From NCBI GenBank assembly GCA_950097015.1, contig CATNEN010000001.1, positions 13,640,001 to 13,704,000 of the forward strand: a DNA stretch of 64,000 bases. The letters are read 5' to 3'. The notes beneath the pieces were generated by a model, which was given only the letters and a program-made list of their open reading frames with translations, did not search any database and was not told where the DNA came from. The DNA comes from Macrostomum hystrix (taxonomy: Eukaryota > Animalia > Platyhelminthes). A program made the position numbers and the translations under genes. Below, piece after piece: positions 32,154 to 45,400 of this stretch. Position 1 is the first letter of the stretch. Every line of letters starts with the position of its first letter.

Positions 32154-32304
32154 GGCTCTGCTGGGTGGGTATGCTGATGATAACAGAGATCACTAGATCT
32201 AGATCAATCTTTGTCATTGCTGGGATGCCTCCAAGTGGCGAGAGTCGGGCAACGTCAGTGGAGTCTCGTTTTTTAGAGCGAAACTGGCGGCTAAATTCCT
32301 AGCA
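32154..32304 (+). ncRNA. HDV-like self-cleaving ribozyme at the 5' end of an R2-superfamily element
   Basis: P1 GGCTCT(32154)/AGAGTC(32241-46); J1/2 hairpin; P2 TGCTGGGAT/ATTCCTAGCA (one bulge); P3 GCC/GGC around L3 TCCAAGT; P1.1 GG; P4 CGTCAGT/ACTGGCG; J4/2 GCTAA with the catalytic-position C at 32291. Confidence 0.75.
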
Positions 32305-32416
32305 TCAATAGCAACCTGAGGGTTAGCTGCCCAAAGGATTGCTTAACAGTCTCTTGCTACCACGACAAAATTAAATAATCGAGGGGCGTCGGCCTCTGCC
32401 GAGCCCCCAACTGATT

Positions 32417-33550
32417 GTGACTCAGCTACAAAGGCGCGAGGCATGGACCTCGCGTGTGACATCTGTGGCAGAGTTCCTTTTAAAACTAAGGCGGGAATGT
32501 AAGTACAGCAGAGGGGACAATATGCAGATCAATTCCATCAGGATGAGTGTCAGGCCACAAAAAACATCAAAAACTCCAAAAAGGTGGTCAGAGGAGGAGC
32601 TATACTTAGTGCTAGCTTTGAAGCAAGTCTCCCCCCAAACTTAATCGCAGTAAATGACGCCATTATCAAAGCAAAAATCATCCCGGACAGAACACTAGAT
32701 AGTATTAAAGGGGCACGGAGGACAAAAACGTACAAACTCCTCCTAGATAGGATTCGAAGTGAGTCTAGTGAGCAGGATGATGCCCCTTTGGCTTCTATTA
32801 AAGTCGTTAAGGAAGAGTTAGCTAGAACTAGGCAATACACACTTAGGGGGACAGGAAAGAGAGCGGGCAACAAGAATCCCGCCCCAAATCTAGCGCAAAA
32901 ACTTAAAGCGATGGAAGAAGCGGAAGAAGCCGCGTTTCTTGAGGACCTACAAAGGACGGACGGTACGTCCTCGGATGATGAACCCCCAGGAGGATGTAAT
33001 AAGCCGTCTCCTGGGGCTTGTGCAAAAAATGATTACAATAGTCGCCGTCTGGATAAGCAGAGGAAGAAAGATGATGAAGAGGAGGAATGTAGCACGAAAT
33101 CTAAGCCGAACAGCCACGCAAGAAATACTAAAAGTAAAACAAATTTTAATGCAAACTCTGAGTCAGAACCCCAAACTTCTCCAATTTCCAGTCCTCCACC
33201 AGGTCCCCCGCCGAGTCCACCGGACTCAAGCGATGGGACCGACACAAACAATGGAAGGTCGGAAGGCAGGCTTTGCGGGAATGGTTTTCAGATGATAGGA
33301 ACAAAGTTAGAGATCATGAAGAGCTGTGGACGAGAATGCAGATGCTTGTCAGGGAGCAAAGGTGGGACGACCTAGGAAATCTTGTGGGGAGTCTTCTACC
33401 AACTGCTGAAGAAGTGTCGATGCCCGTGAGGAAGCGCAGGAAGTTAATTAGAGCAGCTAAGAAGATGGAGAGGCGTAGGATGTTATTTGCTGATATGCAG
33501 AGAGTCTATGAGAAGGGGAGGAAGAGAGCGGGAGGGGGAGTCTACACAGC
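32417..33550 (+). pseudogene. Decayed N-terminus of an R2-superfamily (RLE-type) non-LTR ORF
   Basis: Degenerate zinc finger CDICGRVPFKTKAG, Myb-like KRWSEEE..RTLDSIKGARR, acidic/Pro linker, RRRMLFADMQRVYEK; RT absent. Confidence 0.6.
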
Positions 33551-34270
33551 TGGAAGCGGGAGGGGGGAGTCCCCTCGCCCAAGGTTGCTTCGGGCTAGGT
33601 TCCGGCCTTTTGGGGGTGCGGTGCGGGGGTGGGTCACTAGGGGGAGGGTCCTGTTGGTCCGGTTCTGGTGTGGCGTGCGTGTGAGTTATGATAAGGACCT
33701 CTGCCCCAGTGCTCGTTCGCGAGGCTTTTCAAGTCGCTTTTGACGGGGGGGACTCGCGCCTTCCTGACGTCGCGCCAAAGTGCTGAGGTGGAGACGGGTT
33801 GGCGGTTCCGGCCGAAACCGCCCGGACCATCTTGCGTCCGGACGGGTAGTGTAATAGGCGGCCGGCGGTGGCAGCGCCGGCGGGTTGGAGCGGAGGTGGT
33901 AGGTCGCAGGGTCTGGGTTCTCTTCCTTCAATCTTGTTCTCCTCTTTCGTTGCAGCTAACAGGCATTAGCCATGTCTGGCGAAGCCTGTACCGTAGTTCG
34001 GTCCTTCTTTTTTGGCAGGCGTTTGAATAGCGCTGCCGCCTCCTGGTGCCACTGTTTTGCCATGACTAAAGCACGTTCCAAGGCCTCAACGGAGAGCCGC
34101 GCATCTGCTGCGGCTGACAGGAGCAGCACACCACCTAAGCGACGAGGGCAACGCAGCGAACGTCGACGCAAAGAACGACGTGGCGAGCGCAACCGCCATG
34201 GTCGACTACGAGGACGTCAACGTAAAGCCACAGGCCAAAGCCCTGCGAATCGACTGCGTTTTTCGAACCT

Positions 34271-35038
34271 ATGACTTCATACTCAAACGAGATTCACTGT
34301 GATTCTGCAAAGGGCAGAAACTTAAATAGGCATTCCAGTGACGAGAGTGCTGAAGGTCAAAATCCAGGTCAAGATTATTTAATCGAATGTCTCTTTGAGT
34401 CGGAGTCGGAGGACGAAAACGAGCTGGAGAGCAAACATGATCCAAGAACTATAGTTCTTGAATGGTACAGACGCCAACCAAGTGCCCCAAAAGCAGCTGA
34501 TAATGATTTATTGACATCTATTAGGACCATGCTTCCTTGCTTGCCGAAGCAGGTTGATACACTTCTACGGTCAAATAGAGCAGATTGCGATGTGGTTTAT
34601 TCGACAGATGACTTAGAAAAATACATATATTTTGAGATTGTCAAGGCTTTGGAGAGATATGTGCTCTTGCAGCATGTTCAGCAGTCGGTGGTGAAATCTT
34701 TCCTTCTCGAATTTAATGTTGATGGCAACGACAGGTTCGCATTCTGCATGGACAGTTCTGTTACGAATTCCTTGCCTATTCAGGACGCCAATGTTAATAG
34801 TATTATGAAATGGAATGAAAACAAATTGGCATGTTACCCACCTTCCGCATCTGACGAGAAATATATAATTTGCCATATTCCCGTTGTAATGAACTATCAG
34901 CAAGTACTCACTGTTATTTCATCAAGGCAGCGAAGTTTTATTTGTAATTTCAGTTTCCTCACTTTCATTTTCCATTTTCAAATTTTTCAGCGCCTTTTGA
35001 TGGAAGCTTCTTATTTTTTGTCTTTTCCGAGAGGATAA
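34271..35038 (+). CDS. Hypothetical protein (possibly an exon of a spliced gene)
   Basis: 255-aa ATG-initiated open frame of normal complexity; possible intron ~34903-34990; no family recognised. Confidence 0.3.
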   Translation: MTSYSNEIHCDSAKGRNLNRHSSDESAEGQNPGQDYLIECLFESESEDENELESKHDPRTIVLEWYRRQPSAPKAADNDLLTSIRTMLPCLPKQVDTLLRSNRADCDVVYSTDDLEKYIYFEIVKALERYVLLQHVQQSVVKSFLLEFNVDGNDRFAFCMDSSVTNSLPIQDANVNSIMKWNENKLACYPPSASDEKYIICHIPVVMNYQQVLTVISSRQRSFICNFSFLTFIFHFQIFQRLLMEASYFLSFPRG

Positions 35039-36539
35039 CAATTTTCTGATTTGCTCGAGAAAGGTGTTGGAATTCGAAGCTGGTGTGTCAGAGTGGACCC
35101 CTGCCGACTGGAATGCCAACAGCAATCAAGGTCCGAGCCACATTTGAGCAGACAACTGGAATCCTTATACAGGCGAGCTCCCATCGGGACGCTCTTGTTC
35201 AGGTCAAACGATGGGCTGAATCAAACGAAGTCGTGGAAGTTGAGGCAAATACTCGAATATTTTTGCCGCTTTCAAGACCCATAGCGTCGGCAGGTATTTG
35301 CAGCTGTAAGTAATATTCAGATTGAATATATAAATATAACTCACAGTCGCAGCTCTCGTATTTTTTATCTTAGCTGACATAGTATTATGGTGTTTTCTAG
35401 AAGTAGAGCATTTTATAAAGCTAGCTATAAATTTTTGGTCATATTCTACAGGTCACTGTCAAAAACGACGAAGCTTCTAATGACTCTGCTGCAACGACTA
35501 CAGCAGGGCAACTCGTCACTCGGCAGGAAAGCGAATGCATGTAACCAACAGCACTGCTCCTGCGGAATTTAATGTAGACGAACTGATTATCCTGGAATGT
35601 GTTTTGTCCATGTTTTTGTTTTATTAGACGGACTAAAAGCGTGACAGGGCAGTAGGTATTGATTTGTTTTGATCAGAATGATTGATAACAAGTAAAAGAC
35701 ATAAAAAGAACTTACGTGATTGTTTTCGTTTATGTGCGGCTGACAGCCAGCCGGTGTTGACCGTCATCCTTTAGCTTAGCTGGAGGAGAATGATGTGCTG
35801 TAGTCTGCTGAGCAGCCGCCAGGCAATCTGTGGAGTCAGCGCTGCCCTGGTGCTGTGGGAGGGCTTGGGAGTAGGAAGTCTGCGGTTACCCGTGCACACT
35901 CACCTCCGCTCGCCACCACCTCCTCTTTCTTTCTCTCGTTCCAGCTCTGTCTACGCGCTGACTCACATTGCACGCCATGGTGCAATCGCTTCGGTTAAGA
36001 ATAAGACTGGCAGTATATCGCTCAAATGCTTCTACTATAAGTAGAGCACAGTCCGACGAAAACACATGGGATGGTTGTTGCATTGTGGTAGTTCACTTCG
36101 TCAACCCTAGTCGCACACCTAGGCTAGAATTTTTTTCCTGCTTTTGCCTTTGGAGTTTGAAGCTTGCATTTTGCCGTGCGTTAGCCCTTTGTGTTCAGCC
36201 CAAGTGACGAAAACACGCTATTTTGGGTTAAGTCCGGGATTCCTTCAGACTTGAAGAACTCCTAGTCCCTGAAAGCCCCACCCTTACGGAAAAACTTACG
36301 GAAATCCCAAGCCTGACTACACGGTTGCTCCACTGCTAGGAAGCATCAGTGTTGAGGGCGGTAAAACCCCTCTGAGTTTTAGCGTTCCCTGTCTTGGTCA
36401 TATTTACCAATTGTGTGCCACGTAAGCACCAGTACAACACTAGTTCTTTATAAAAAGCTAAGTCAATTTAGCTGGCTCGGCACGTTCTTTTCGTTCCTAG
36501 CATTTAAACACAAGCCTTAGCTTCAGTTTATTACAATAG

Positions 36540-36700
36540 CGACGATCTCCACGCTGAGTGAAATTCCGATTCTTACTGCCAATACCAACATTGAGGGCTG
36601 GCTGGAAAGGCTCGACCATTACTTTACCTGCAAAGAGGTGAAGGAGGGCGCTAAAGTGGCCACACTCGTCACTGATATCTGTGAGGATGAAGTGGGTGGG
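36540..36700 (+). pseudogene. LTR-retrotransposon gag N-terminal fragment
   Basis: Reads TLSEIPILTANTNIEGWLERLDHYFTCKEVKEGAKVATLV, the typical W-ERL-xYF..KV-xL gag start. Confidence 0.45.
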
Positions 36701-38419
36701 TGTTTGCAAGCGCTGACCTGCACTCATGAGAGAAGATTCCTAGGGTGGGCGACAGAGTCGACTTAAATGACCGCTTAGCTACACGCGAGATTCCGTGGAA
36801 AGAGAGAGGAGATGAAGGGAGGTTCAGCGGATGCAGGGAGTGGTCCTATCGGCCTCAGGCTGGCCAGTCCCACTCGTCCCATAGGCCACAGGCGTGACTG
36901 CCGTGCCTACCCCAAGCAATGCTCGAAACCGGCTAAAGTCTAAAGTGAGGGGTCGGACTATCCGTAATCAGACAGGACAGGGCTAGAGAGCCTACTGTCG
37001 TCAGTAGCATGTAAGTAACTGACTCCTAACCTTGGTAGCGGTGGTCGAAACGGCCCAGGCTCTTGTCACAGAAATGCGGAAAGGCTATTGGCAAAGCGGA
37101 AAATGATCTCAGGTAGCGCCACCACCCAATGCGCCTACGTTGCCACCGCAGACATTTGGGAACTTGGGTCCCCGGAGTACACAGCTCCTAGTTTATCACG
37201 CAGATCTAGACAAGCCGAAAAATAGGGCATTCTGCAACTTCCGTTTTAGACTGGGGTGAGAGCCCCAGAATGGATCGAGACACGCCTCAAAAGGGGATTC
37301 CTGAATTCGCGCTACAGGGGTCTAGAAAGGTGGTACTCAGAACTCGAATGAGAATCCATAGCCGAAATCCTACTCATGAAACATCAGACACATTCCGTAC
37401 ATTAGACTGCAGCCTACTCATGAAGTAACTAACAAACCCGAATCTGTGTGAGATGAGGAAGTCAGAGGCTGGAGAGATTAAACAGAACACTGGCTGAGTG
37501 ATTACGCAAGCGCAAGATTATTAGATCATCACTCTCGCTCCCGTGGCCGCAGTTGCGAGAGGGGGATAGGGGAAAACTCCATTGGAAAGGGAGTTCGACA
37601 CGTACACCTTGAACCCGCCCGAGAGGAAGAAGGAAAGCCGGCCAAGGATTCCCCCGACCTCCTGGGAAGAAATGCACGGCCTACACTCCGCATTTTGCTC
37701 GCGAATCCCTCGCTCCTTATTACTCTTATGCGTGCTTACAGTTGTCTTCCTGCCGCAGCCTTCGGCTCGGCATCACCAGAGCCCACCCCCCTAGGAGATT
37801 AGCCACTCATCTCTGAGGGCTGTCTAACGATAAAATAGAGATAAGAGAAAAGCATAGTGGATTTAAATTGTTATTAAAAATTGGCCTATGTTCAATAGAT
37901 TTCGCGATAGTTGTACTAATTTATTAAGCCAAGAAAAGTCCTAGCGCCCTTCCCCCACTAAAGTGCCGCCTAATTAAAGAGACGTCCCTTAGGATTAACA
38001 ATTACCAAACCGCTGCGCGGGTTACTTAGCTGGAGTCGTTCGGCCGCGTGCTGCAATCCTGTAGCTCTCGGGGAAGGGATAGGGCAAAACAGCAAGGCAG
38101 AGAAGGGGGAAACTGCTGCGAGTTGGCGGGGGCCAACACACTGGGAGCACAGTGGCTCAATTTAATGCTCACCTAAAGAGGTGGCTTGCGCTTAGGGGAA
38201 TGGAGACAGGCAATGGGCCTGTGATAGCTGAGCGGAGCTCTAAGCTCAAGGGTCTAAGCCCTACGTGGGTCCGGAATATAAGTCCTGGGTCCGGTGGGAG
38301 TCCGGCCCGGCAAAGGGAAGGTCGGAGATAGTCCGCCGGGAAGGTCGAGGTCCGGGAAAAGGTTGTCCTAGGGGCAGCGCAGTGCGCTTTTTTTAAATAG
38401 TCTTGCAGCACGCCAACCC

Positions 38420-38860
38420 CGACATCCATCAAAATAACCCACATTCGCGCCAGCCTGTCAACGGGGAATCGAAGCGGCGATGGCCGCCCCGACTACCCAA
38501 TGAACCGACGGCGAGAAACGACAGATGCTCCTCGAGAGCAGCCGCCGGCAGACGGCCAATAATTGTTACTCCGCCAGGACAATGGAAGCGCAGGCGCCGA
38601 CCTGCCTACAGTGACATTTACATGTATCTAAAGGAGGGAGGTCATAAAGTCGAGCTGGGCTCGAATACTGTAAAGAAGTGGGGACATGAAGAATTAATGA
38701 TCACTCATAATGCCCGAGTGATTCCCAATATCTGATCGCGGTTTGGAGGAGAATTATGACCTAAACTACTCATACAATAAAAGCTATGGCTGCGATCAGT
38801 CATTCCTACAGGGGTCTAGACAGATCCAGGGAGAAGGGATTCGACGGCTACTTAATTCAC
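38420..38860 (+). pseudogene. Possible highly decayed RLE C-terminal remnant
   Basis: Weak resemblance across frames (HIRASLSTGNRSGDGR..; GHKVE..RVIPNI..REK..Y) to the CCHC/PD-D-K region of R2-like ORFs; key residues are degenerate. Confidence 0.25.
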
Positions 38861-40061
38861 CGCCGCCCAAAACCCGGCCCTAAGATTAATGATCGTGTTT
38901 GCGGCCAGCTGCTATGTGGGTCGCAATTATTAGATACTTAAAAATTTGAAAAATTATGCTGGCTCACATTCCCACTCGATTCCCGCAGCACAATCCACAT
39001 CAAGGAGGCATATAAAGTGTTGGGGAACCTGTGCTGTCGGGTTTATGCAAACCTCTATAAAGTTCCCACACTGTACACTGCATACTGTACATTCTGACCT
39101 GTGCTTTCCTCTGGCCTAGCTCGCACTTGATTCTAAAAATAGCTCGCACTCATCTCCCTCTCTGTGTCTCTCTCCATTTGTGCGCACATCCACTCCCTTT
39201 CTAGAACATTCTATAGGCTTCTCGCGCAGCTAAGTTGTTTATTCTTGTCTCTCGATCTTCAATCTTGTGGAATGTTCTACCAGAAAGTTTCCTGATACCC
39301 ATACCAGCTTATTTAAGTGTTGCAGCTACCCGTGCTAATCAAGACCTCCTCAGTCACTTTTAAGCAAAATTTTCTTTATTGCTCAATTGGGACAAAATAT
39401 AGCCAGCTGTGCGGCGTAATCGTCAGCCGCCCTTTACTAGCTTCACCATTCGAGTTCGCTCACTTACATGTCCATCTAGCTCGCAGCTACGAAGTCGACA
39501 AGTGTCTACCCGCGAAAGTTTCCGACAAGTCTTATTTTATTTAGCAAAAAGATACATCATGTTTCATACATCATAATGAATTGCACCATGTAATGCTTAA
39601 ATGCCTATATACTAGATACTTTAACTCTAACTCCTGTTTATTCTGGGGTTTTCAGAAGTGGCTATTTTATTGAAACAGTGAAAGAATGAAACTGCTATAG
39701 CTATGATATGAGAACTAATTATGTCTAAAAATGTATTACTAGCTAGTTTAGCTAAGTGGCAAGCAGTTTTGGTCATGATTAGGCATTAAGAACAGCAAAG
39801 ATCTGTCAGTTAACAGTGAGCTAGTCAATCATGCCTTTCCTAATCTTGGATGGCAGCAGCATACAGGCTAGCACTTGTTAGCCAAGCACCAGATCCAGTA
39901 GAAGTTCCAGTAAGCTCCCGTACATGCAGATCGAGAATCTTGCCATTCCTTAACCTGTTTGAAAGGGTAAGGTGGTTAAGATAGTTTTTGGTTAGCTTGT
40001 TGGTTTTAGATGTATTAAACAGATAAAAAATAAATAACATAGCACATAATATATAGGCTAA

Positions 40062-40256
40062 GTAATTAATATAATTGATTATACCTATCCGGCCAATTGG
40101 GCCAGTTGTGCAGTATGGGCAACAGCACAGCCACAGCTATGGTGCAGCATACGCTCGTATCTTAAGGCTGCACATGGCTGTTCAGTCTATGGACTGAGGG
40201 ATGCCAGACCCACCTTCAGTTCCCCTAGTTAATATTGGTACCCATTTTACAGCTGG
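40062..40256 (-). mobile_element. SINE copy (3' part), minus strand
   Basis: Reverse complement matches the body of the 40253-40560 copy (CCCAGCTGTAAAATGGGGTACC core and 3' region); TAAT-rich tail at the left. Confidence 0.65.
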
Positions 40257-40635
40257 GTTGTAGCTCAGCAGTTAGAGCGTCGGACTCACATCTTAAAGGT
40301 TGATGGTTTGATTCCTGACTATTGTTTCAATTTTTGTCTCTAAGCAAGGCAATTAACTCTGCATTGCTTCAGTTCACCTAGCTAGCTGTTAAATGGGTAC
40401 CAGTATTAGCTGTGGTAACATATGGTGGGCAAAGCCTCTCCCCAGTCCATGGACTGTATAGCCGTACGCAGTCTTCAGATGCGCCGCACAATAGTGCAGC
40501 TGTGCTGCCGGCTGCATATCTTGGCCCAATAGGAACGTAATCAGTTATTGTATTATTAATTAATTAATTGTTATTTATTGTTAAATTATAATTATTAATA
40601 TATAATTTATCAGTTATTGTGTTATTAATTAATTT
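40253..40635 (+). mobile_element. tRNA-derived SINE with TAAT-rich tail
   Basis: A-box TAGCTCAGCAGTTAG, B-box GGTTTGATTCC, conserved-looking core (AGCAAGGCAATTAAC..CTTCAGTTCACC..AAATGGGTACC), body shared with 40062-40256 and 41074-41280. Confidence 0.75.
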
Positions 40636-41073
40636 TATAGCTGGGTGAACTGAAGCAAATAAGTTAGGCGTCTTGCCAAAGGGCATAAATTGCACCAGTA
40701 GAGTTAGGAAAAAACCCCCAACCCTTATTCCCCCTGCCTCATCTCTCACATTTCTAATCCCTCCCGTTTCTCATATTCCTACAGTTAATACGGCCGCTAC
40801 CGTCTTTTAGGTTCTGTCCGTGGCCCACACGCTAATAAGTTTGCCGACCCCTAGCTACCAAATACCATTGAACCAGACCAAATAACTCAAGTATACACTG
40901 AGATCACTGGCTATGGTACCACCAAATACTAGATACCAGTAGAAGAAACTTGACTTATCTTAACTTGCTGCTGTTTCAAGAGCGTCTGATCTACTACACC
41001 TCCATCTCTAAAGTTATCAGATCTACTAATAAACGAACAAGTGTTTTTAAACCAACCTTGTAAATGGATGCAA

Positions 41074-41280
41074 ATAATTAATAATTGATAACACCTGTCC
41101 CAATCGGGACAGATGTGCAGCCGACAGCACAGCCGCAGCTATTGCACGGCGCATCTGAAGATTGCGTACAGCTGTACAGTCCATGGTCTGGGGAGACGCC
41201 ACACCCACCTTCAATTATCTCAGCTAATGCTGGTACCCATTCATTGGTACCCAAGTGTCTTGCTAAAGGACACAAATTGT
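41074..41280 (-). mobile_element. SINE copy, minus strand
   Basis: Reverse complement CCCCAGACCATGGACTGTACAGCTGTACGCAATCTTCAGATGCGCCG.. closely matches 40440-40535. Confidence 0.75.
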
Positions 41281-42479
41281 CTCACATGGATGCAGCAATG
41301 TACATATAACTTTGGCCGATCGGTTTTTACCAACGTTAAACCGACGCTAAAATGTACATACACTGAAGTGGGGTGGCTGCTAGCGGGACGAGATTTTAAT
41401 TAGGGTGCGTGACAGGGAATTCCCAAACCCAAGTGGACAATTAGTCATGCTGATGACTCATCGCTCAAAAACTCCTACATTTAGGCCTCATATGAAATAC
41501 ATTGCTATTATATGCATGAATGCATATCAAAATACATTGCCGACGTAAACTTTTCCCGACGCTAACTATTATATGCATGCATATATATCAAAGCGCATTG
41601 CCGAAGTTAATTCACATTGAAATACATCAAGGTAAAGCTTAAACACTAGCAACCTGACGTCAGAAATGGACAACCTGTGTGTTGCTGTTAGCTACTGCTG
41701 CCAGCCTTGTGCAATTAGATTAGAGCGTGGGCGAAAGCGAATTCCACTGGCCATAAACCCCAGTTGAAGCTGAAAGTATTAAATTTTATGACGTCCACGT
41801 CCAAACAAATTATATGCTATCTGCTGTTAGTTGTTGCTCCTTTTGGCAATGTTTTGGCAATGGCAAAATGCATTTTTATCCGTACACCATTATAATGTGA
41901 TTTTATTGGCAGTAATCACAGATACTCGAATAACTAGATATGTCACTCTTAACAAAATTGGTAAAATAGTGAGTTTCTACTTTTTTGCAGTAGACATATT
42001 AGCATCCTGCCGCTAATTTTCTCGCGCGCTGAAAAAAGAAATAATGTTTTTTAGCGAAGGCTTTGGGTTGGGTCTAGAATATCAGTGGTTGGGTCTTGCG
42101 AGGTCTCGCGTGTGTACATACAAAGTTTAGTGGGTGTGAAAGTCGTAAACAAGATTTGGCCAAGTGTACATAGGGCCAAGTGAGAGAGAATGGGGGTGAC
42201 ACCGCTCCACATATCTCTGCGCCGTTCTGGGCTTTCTACTTACCGTGCGTTCATACTGCGCTCTCATTGGCTGAGCTAAAAACGTTTACTGGGGGGATGA
42301 ATTTCGTCTTCTTTGCAATCAATGTACATTGAGTTAACAGTCTCCCTTTGGTTTGAAGTTTAAATGAAATAAAGCCATCATGCAATCTAGCTCGTATACT
42401 ATTGAATCTTCTATACTATTGAAAAGATCAGACCGTCATTCTTTGAAAACGTCTTGACTTTACCAACAAATTATTGAGC

Positions 42480-45400
42480 ATGTTTAATGAACGACACTGC
42501 TGTGCAGCTGGGTGCACAAGCAGCTTAACGTCGCCACCAGAAGATGGAATACCGATTCGCCTCCATTGCTTCCCGAGCAATGATAAAGTTGCTCAGCGTT
42601 GGAAGCAAATTCTGGAGCTCAATAGTATGGAACTCACAACCGTACGCAAACAAAAACTACGAGTGTGCAGTCTGCACTTTCTGGGCAGCGCTGACAATTG
42701 TCCTGCTTTGAGACACTGCTGGAGCACGTCTGCGCTGGGACGCTCTACCGGACCTTGGATTGACGATGCCTCGGCTCACTCGTTACGATTCCGAACCGTT
42801 GGTCCCTAGAACAGAAGAAGAAGCGGACAAAACTTACCCACCTCAGTTAGAGCGCTGGGACTCGGAGTCTACTGCCGTTGCTCATTATTCTCCACCTTCG
42901 CCGCCATCTGGATGTCAGCATCAGCATCGCATTCAAACCGTGGATTCAAACAAATCAGCTTGAATTACTTTGACTTAGCGGCAGGGAGCCTCCGTGACGG
43001 ACGCAGCGAGGAGGCGACCGATGCCGCCCATATCGCTAACCCCTGGCAGCCATACGGCCTCCAGCGAGGCGGTGCCGCTTAGGGTGGTCCGTCAGTCGAT
43101 TCCGCCGCGCGATCTTCCTCGCCATAGGCTGGGAAGAACTCAGCTCGGCCGGTATCCCGGAGGAAGTGGGCGACTTGTGGAATGTTATCGGGCGAGCAGG
43201 CTTCGACAAGGGTCGGTGCCGGCCCGAGATGTTTTAGCCTAGCCCGGGTGAAGGCCGGGCAGTGGCAGATGAAATGCTTGGCGTTTTCACGCCCGGAGCA
43301 GAAGAAAGGACACATTTACTCAGGCACGTGGCCTCGGAGGTAGCGGTGTCTGGTGAAGCAGCCATGTCCCGAGAGGGCCATGGTGACTGCTCTCAGGTCT
43401 CTGCGATTTAGCCTAAGTAAGGCTTTACGCAGATTACTAGAGGGGGTTGGCACTGCAGCCCTGGACTGGCGACAGTTCAGGGTGCTAGACCACCCCCCCG
43501 GTGTTGGGTCTCCATCCAGCGGTTGATGTTGAAGTTGACCACAGAGGCGGGAATCGGGGCCTCCGGGCCCGGGCCCATCAGGGAGCTGGCTGCGCCAGCC
43601 TTAGCAAGCTGGTCCGCCATCTCATTCCCTGTGAACCCGGCATGCCCAGGGATCCACAACAGCTCCGCCTTATTAGACTGCGCCAACCCGTTTAACTGGG
43701 TGTTGCAGTCCAAGGTGGTTCTGGATCGAGAGGTGCAGCGGCTGAGGGCCTTGAGAGCTGCTTGACTGTCGGAGTGAAAAAAGATCCTCCGTCCAGTCAG
43801 CTGCCTCTGGCGCAGCTCAGCCGCACATAGACTGATGGCGAGCATTTCGTTTTGGATAACGCTAGAGCTCTTGCCACCGTGCTGGGAGTGGGTCCAGAGG
43901 ACCTCACCACCCGAGGCGACGCACACTACGAATCCCGATTTGCCGTTCATCAGAGAGCCGTCAGTGTAACAGTGGACTGCTGGGTCAGCCCAGCAGTCCT
44001 TTACCTGATTACGAGGGAGGATGCTGACCTTGTACCTGTAGCTCCGGAGTAAAGTGGCCGGGGCCCCATCCGAGAGGATGGTGAGCCCTCCACACTCGCC
44101 CAGAGTTTTCAGGCATAGGTCAGAGTGAGGCAGAAGGGAGCGCTTCGGGAAGACTCGCACGTTCTGGAAGGAGATCCCCGCATCTAGAAGACGCCGGGTG
44201 GACTTTGCCACTTCCCCCTTGATAAAAATGTCAATGGGTGTAGCGTTGAGGAAGGCATTCATGCCTTCGAAGGGAGTGGAAGGTGGGGCGCCCAGTGTCA
44301 TACGACAGGCTCTGCCCTGCACCCTATAGAGCGCCTTCAGGTTTTTCTGGATGCCCATGGCACCGCCCAGATGAGGCCAGCGTACGCAACGGACGGTCTG
44401 ATGATCGCCGTGTAAATCCACCAAAGGTTCTAGGGGGTTAGCCCCCAAGTGGTGCCCACGGCACGCCTGACTTGCGCCAGTATGGCCAGGGCCCTCTTGG
44501 TCTTTGTGGTGATGTGCGGGGTCCAGTTAAGCCTATGGTCTAGCATGAGACCAAGGCATCGGACCTGCTTTTCCATGGAAATATTCTTGCCATAGAGAGT
44601 CAGGGGCTTAATGGTCCAGAGCAGCCTGCTGGTAAACATAACCGCAACGGTCTTGAACTCAGAGTCGGAGCCCACATTGGTCCGCCCAGCGCACCGCCCT
44701 TTTGATAAAGCCCTGAATGAGGTCCCTGGTGGTTTCCGCCGAGGGGCCCGCGCAGATGGCGGTCACATCGTCGGCATATCCCACCTTCAGGACCGGGTCA
44801 GGACGAGTGCTTTTCAGCAGCTCATCCATGACGAGGTTCCACAGCAGTGGAGTGAGGACGCCGCCTTGGGGCCCTCCTTTCAGGACAGGTGCCGAGAGCA
44901 ACCTGACTTCGGGGTGGGCCACAAACAAATCAGCAACTAAACATAAAAATTTGGCATCGGAGCTAAAAAAGACGCGTCAGTGTGTACACAGGCAACAAGC
45001 GACCATCAAGCGCCTTCAACAACAGATCAGGAAGGCAAAAGAATTAAAATTACGAAGCAGTGCAATGCGCCGTATGACAAAGAACAGTATGTAGCTCCAG
45101 TTCATCGCAGCCCGTGGCATGAGGTGGTCAAAAGAGGATCTGACAGATTCGATAAAACTTCACAAAAGTCCAGCCGCATACAGGATGATGAGAAAGCAGT
45201 GGCAATTGCCTCTTCCCTCGGAGTCTGCTCTTTTGGTCGGAGTCGCCGGACAAGCCTGTTCTTCCAGTCTCCTGGAGTCTGCTTGACAACGATGACATTA
45301 TTGAAGCAGAAGCTTGCCACGAGCCCTGACCATCAGCACCTAGCAACTCTGTGCTTCGATGGAATGAGCCTATCACCTAGCATTCGCTTCGATCAGCACA

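Noticed and set aside
32122-32291. Hammerhead ribozyme (CTGATGA..GAAA with GCCGCCAG/CTGGCGGC stem)
   Set aside because: Cleavage-site geometry and stems I/II do not fit; the HDV-like fold explains the region better, though this pairing could be a competing structure.
40253-40325. Functional tRNA gene
   Set aside because: Acceptor and T stems are degenerate and it runs into a repeated SINE body; it is a SINE head.
42169-42200. Left TIR of the first P element (CATAGGGCCAAGTGAGAG..)
   Set aside because: Plausible start, but no matching inverted copy or TSD was found downstream, so element boundaries are not called.
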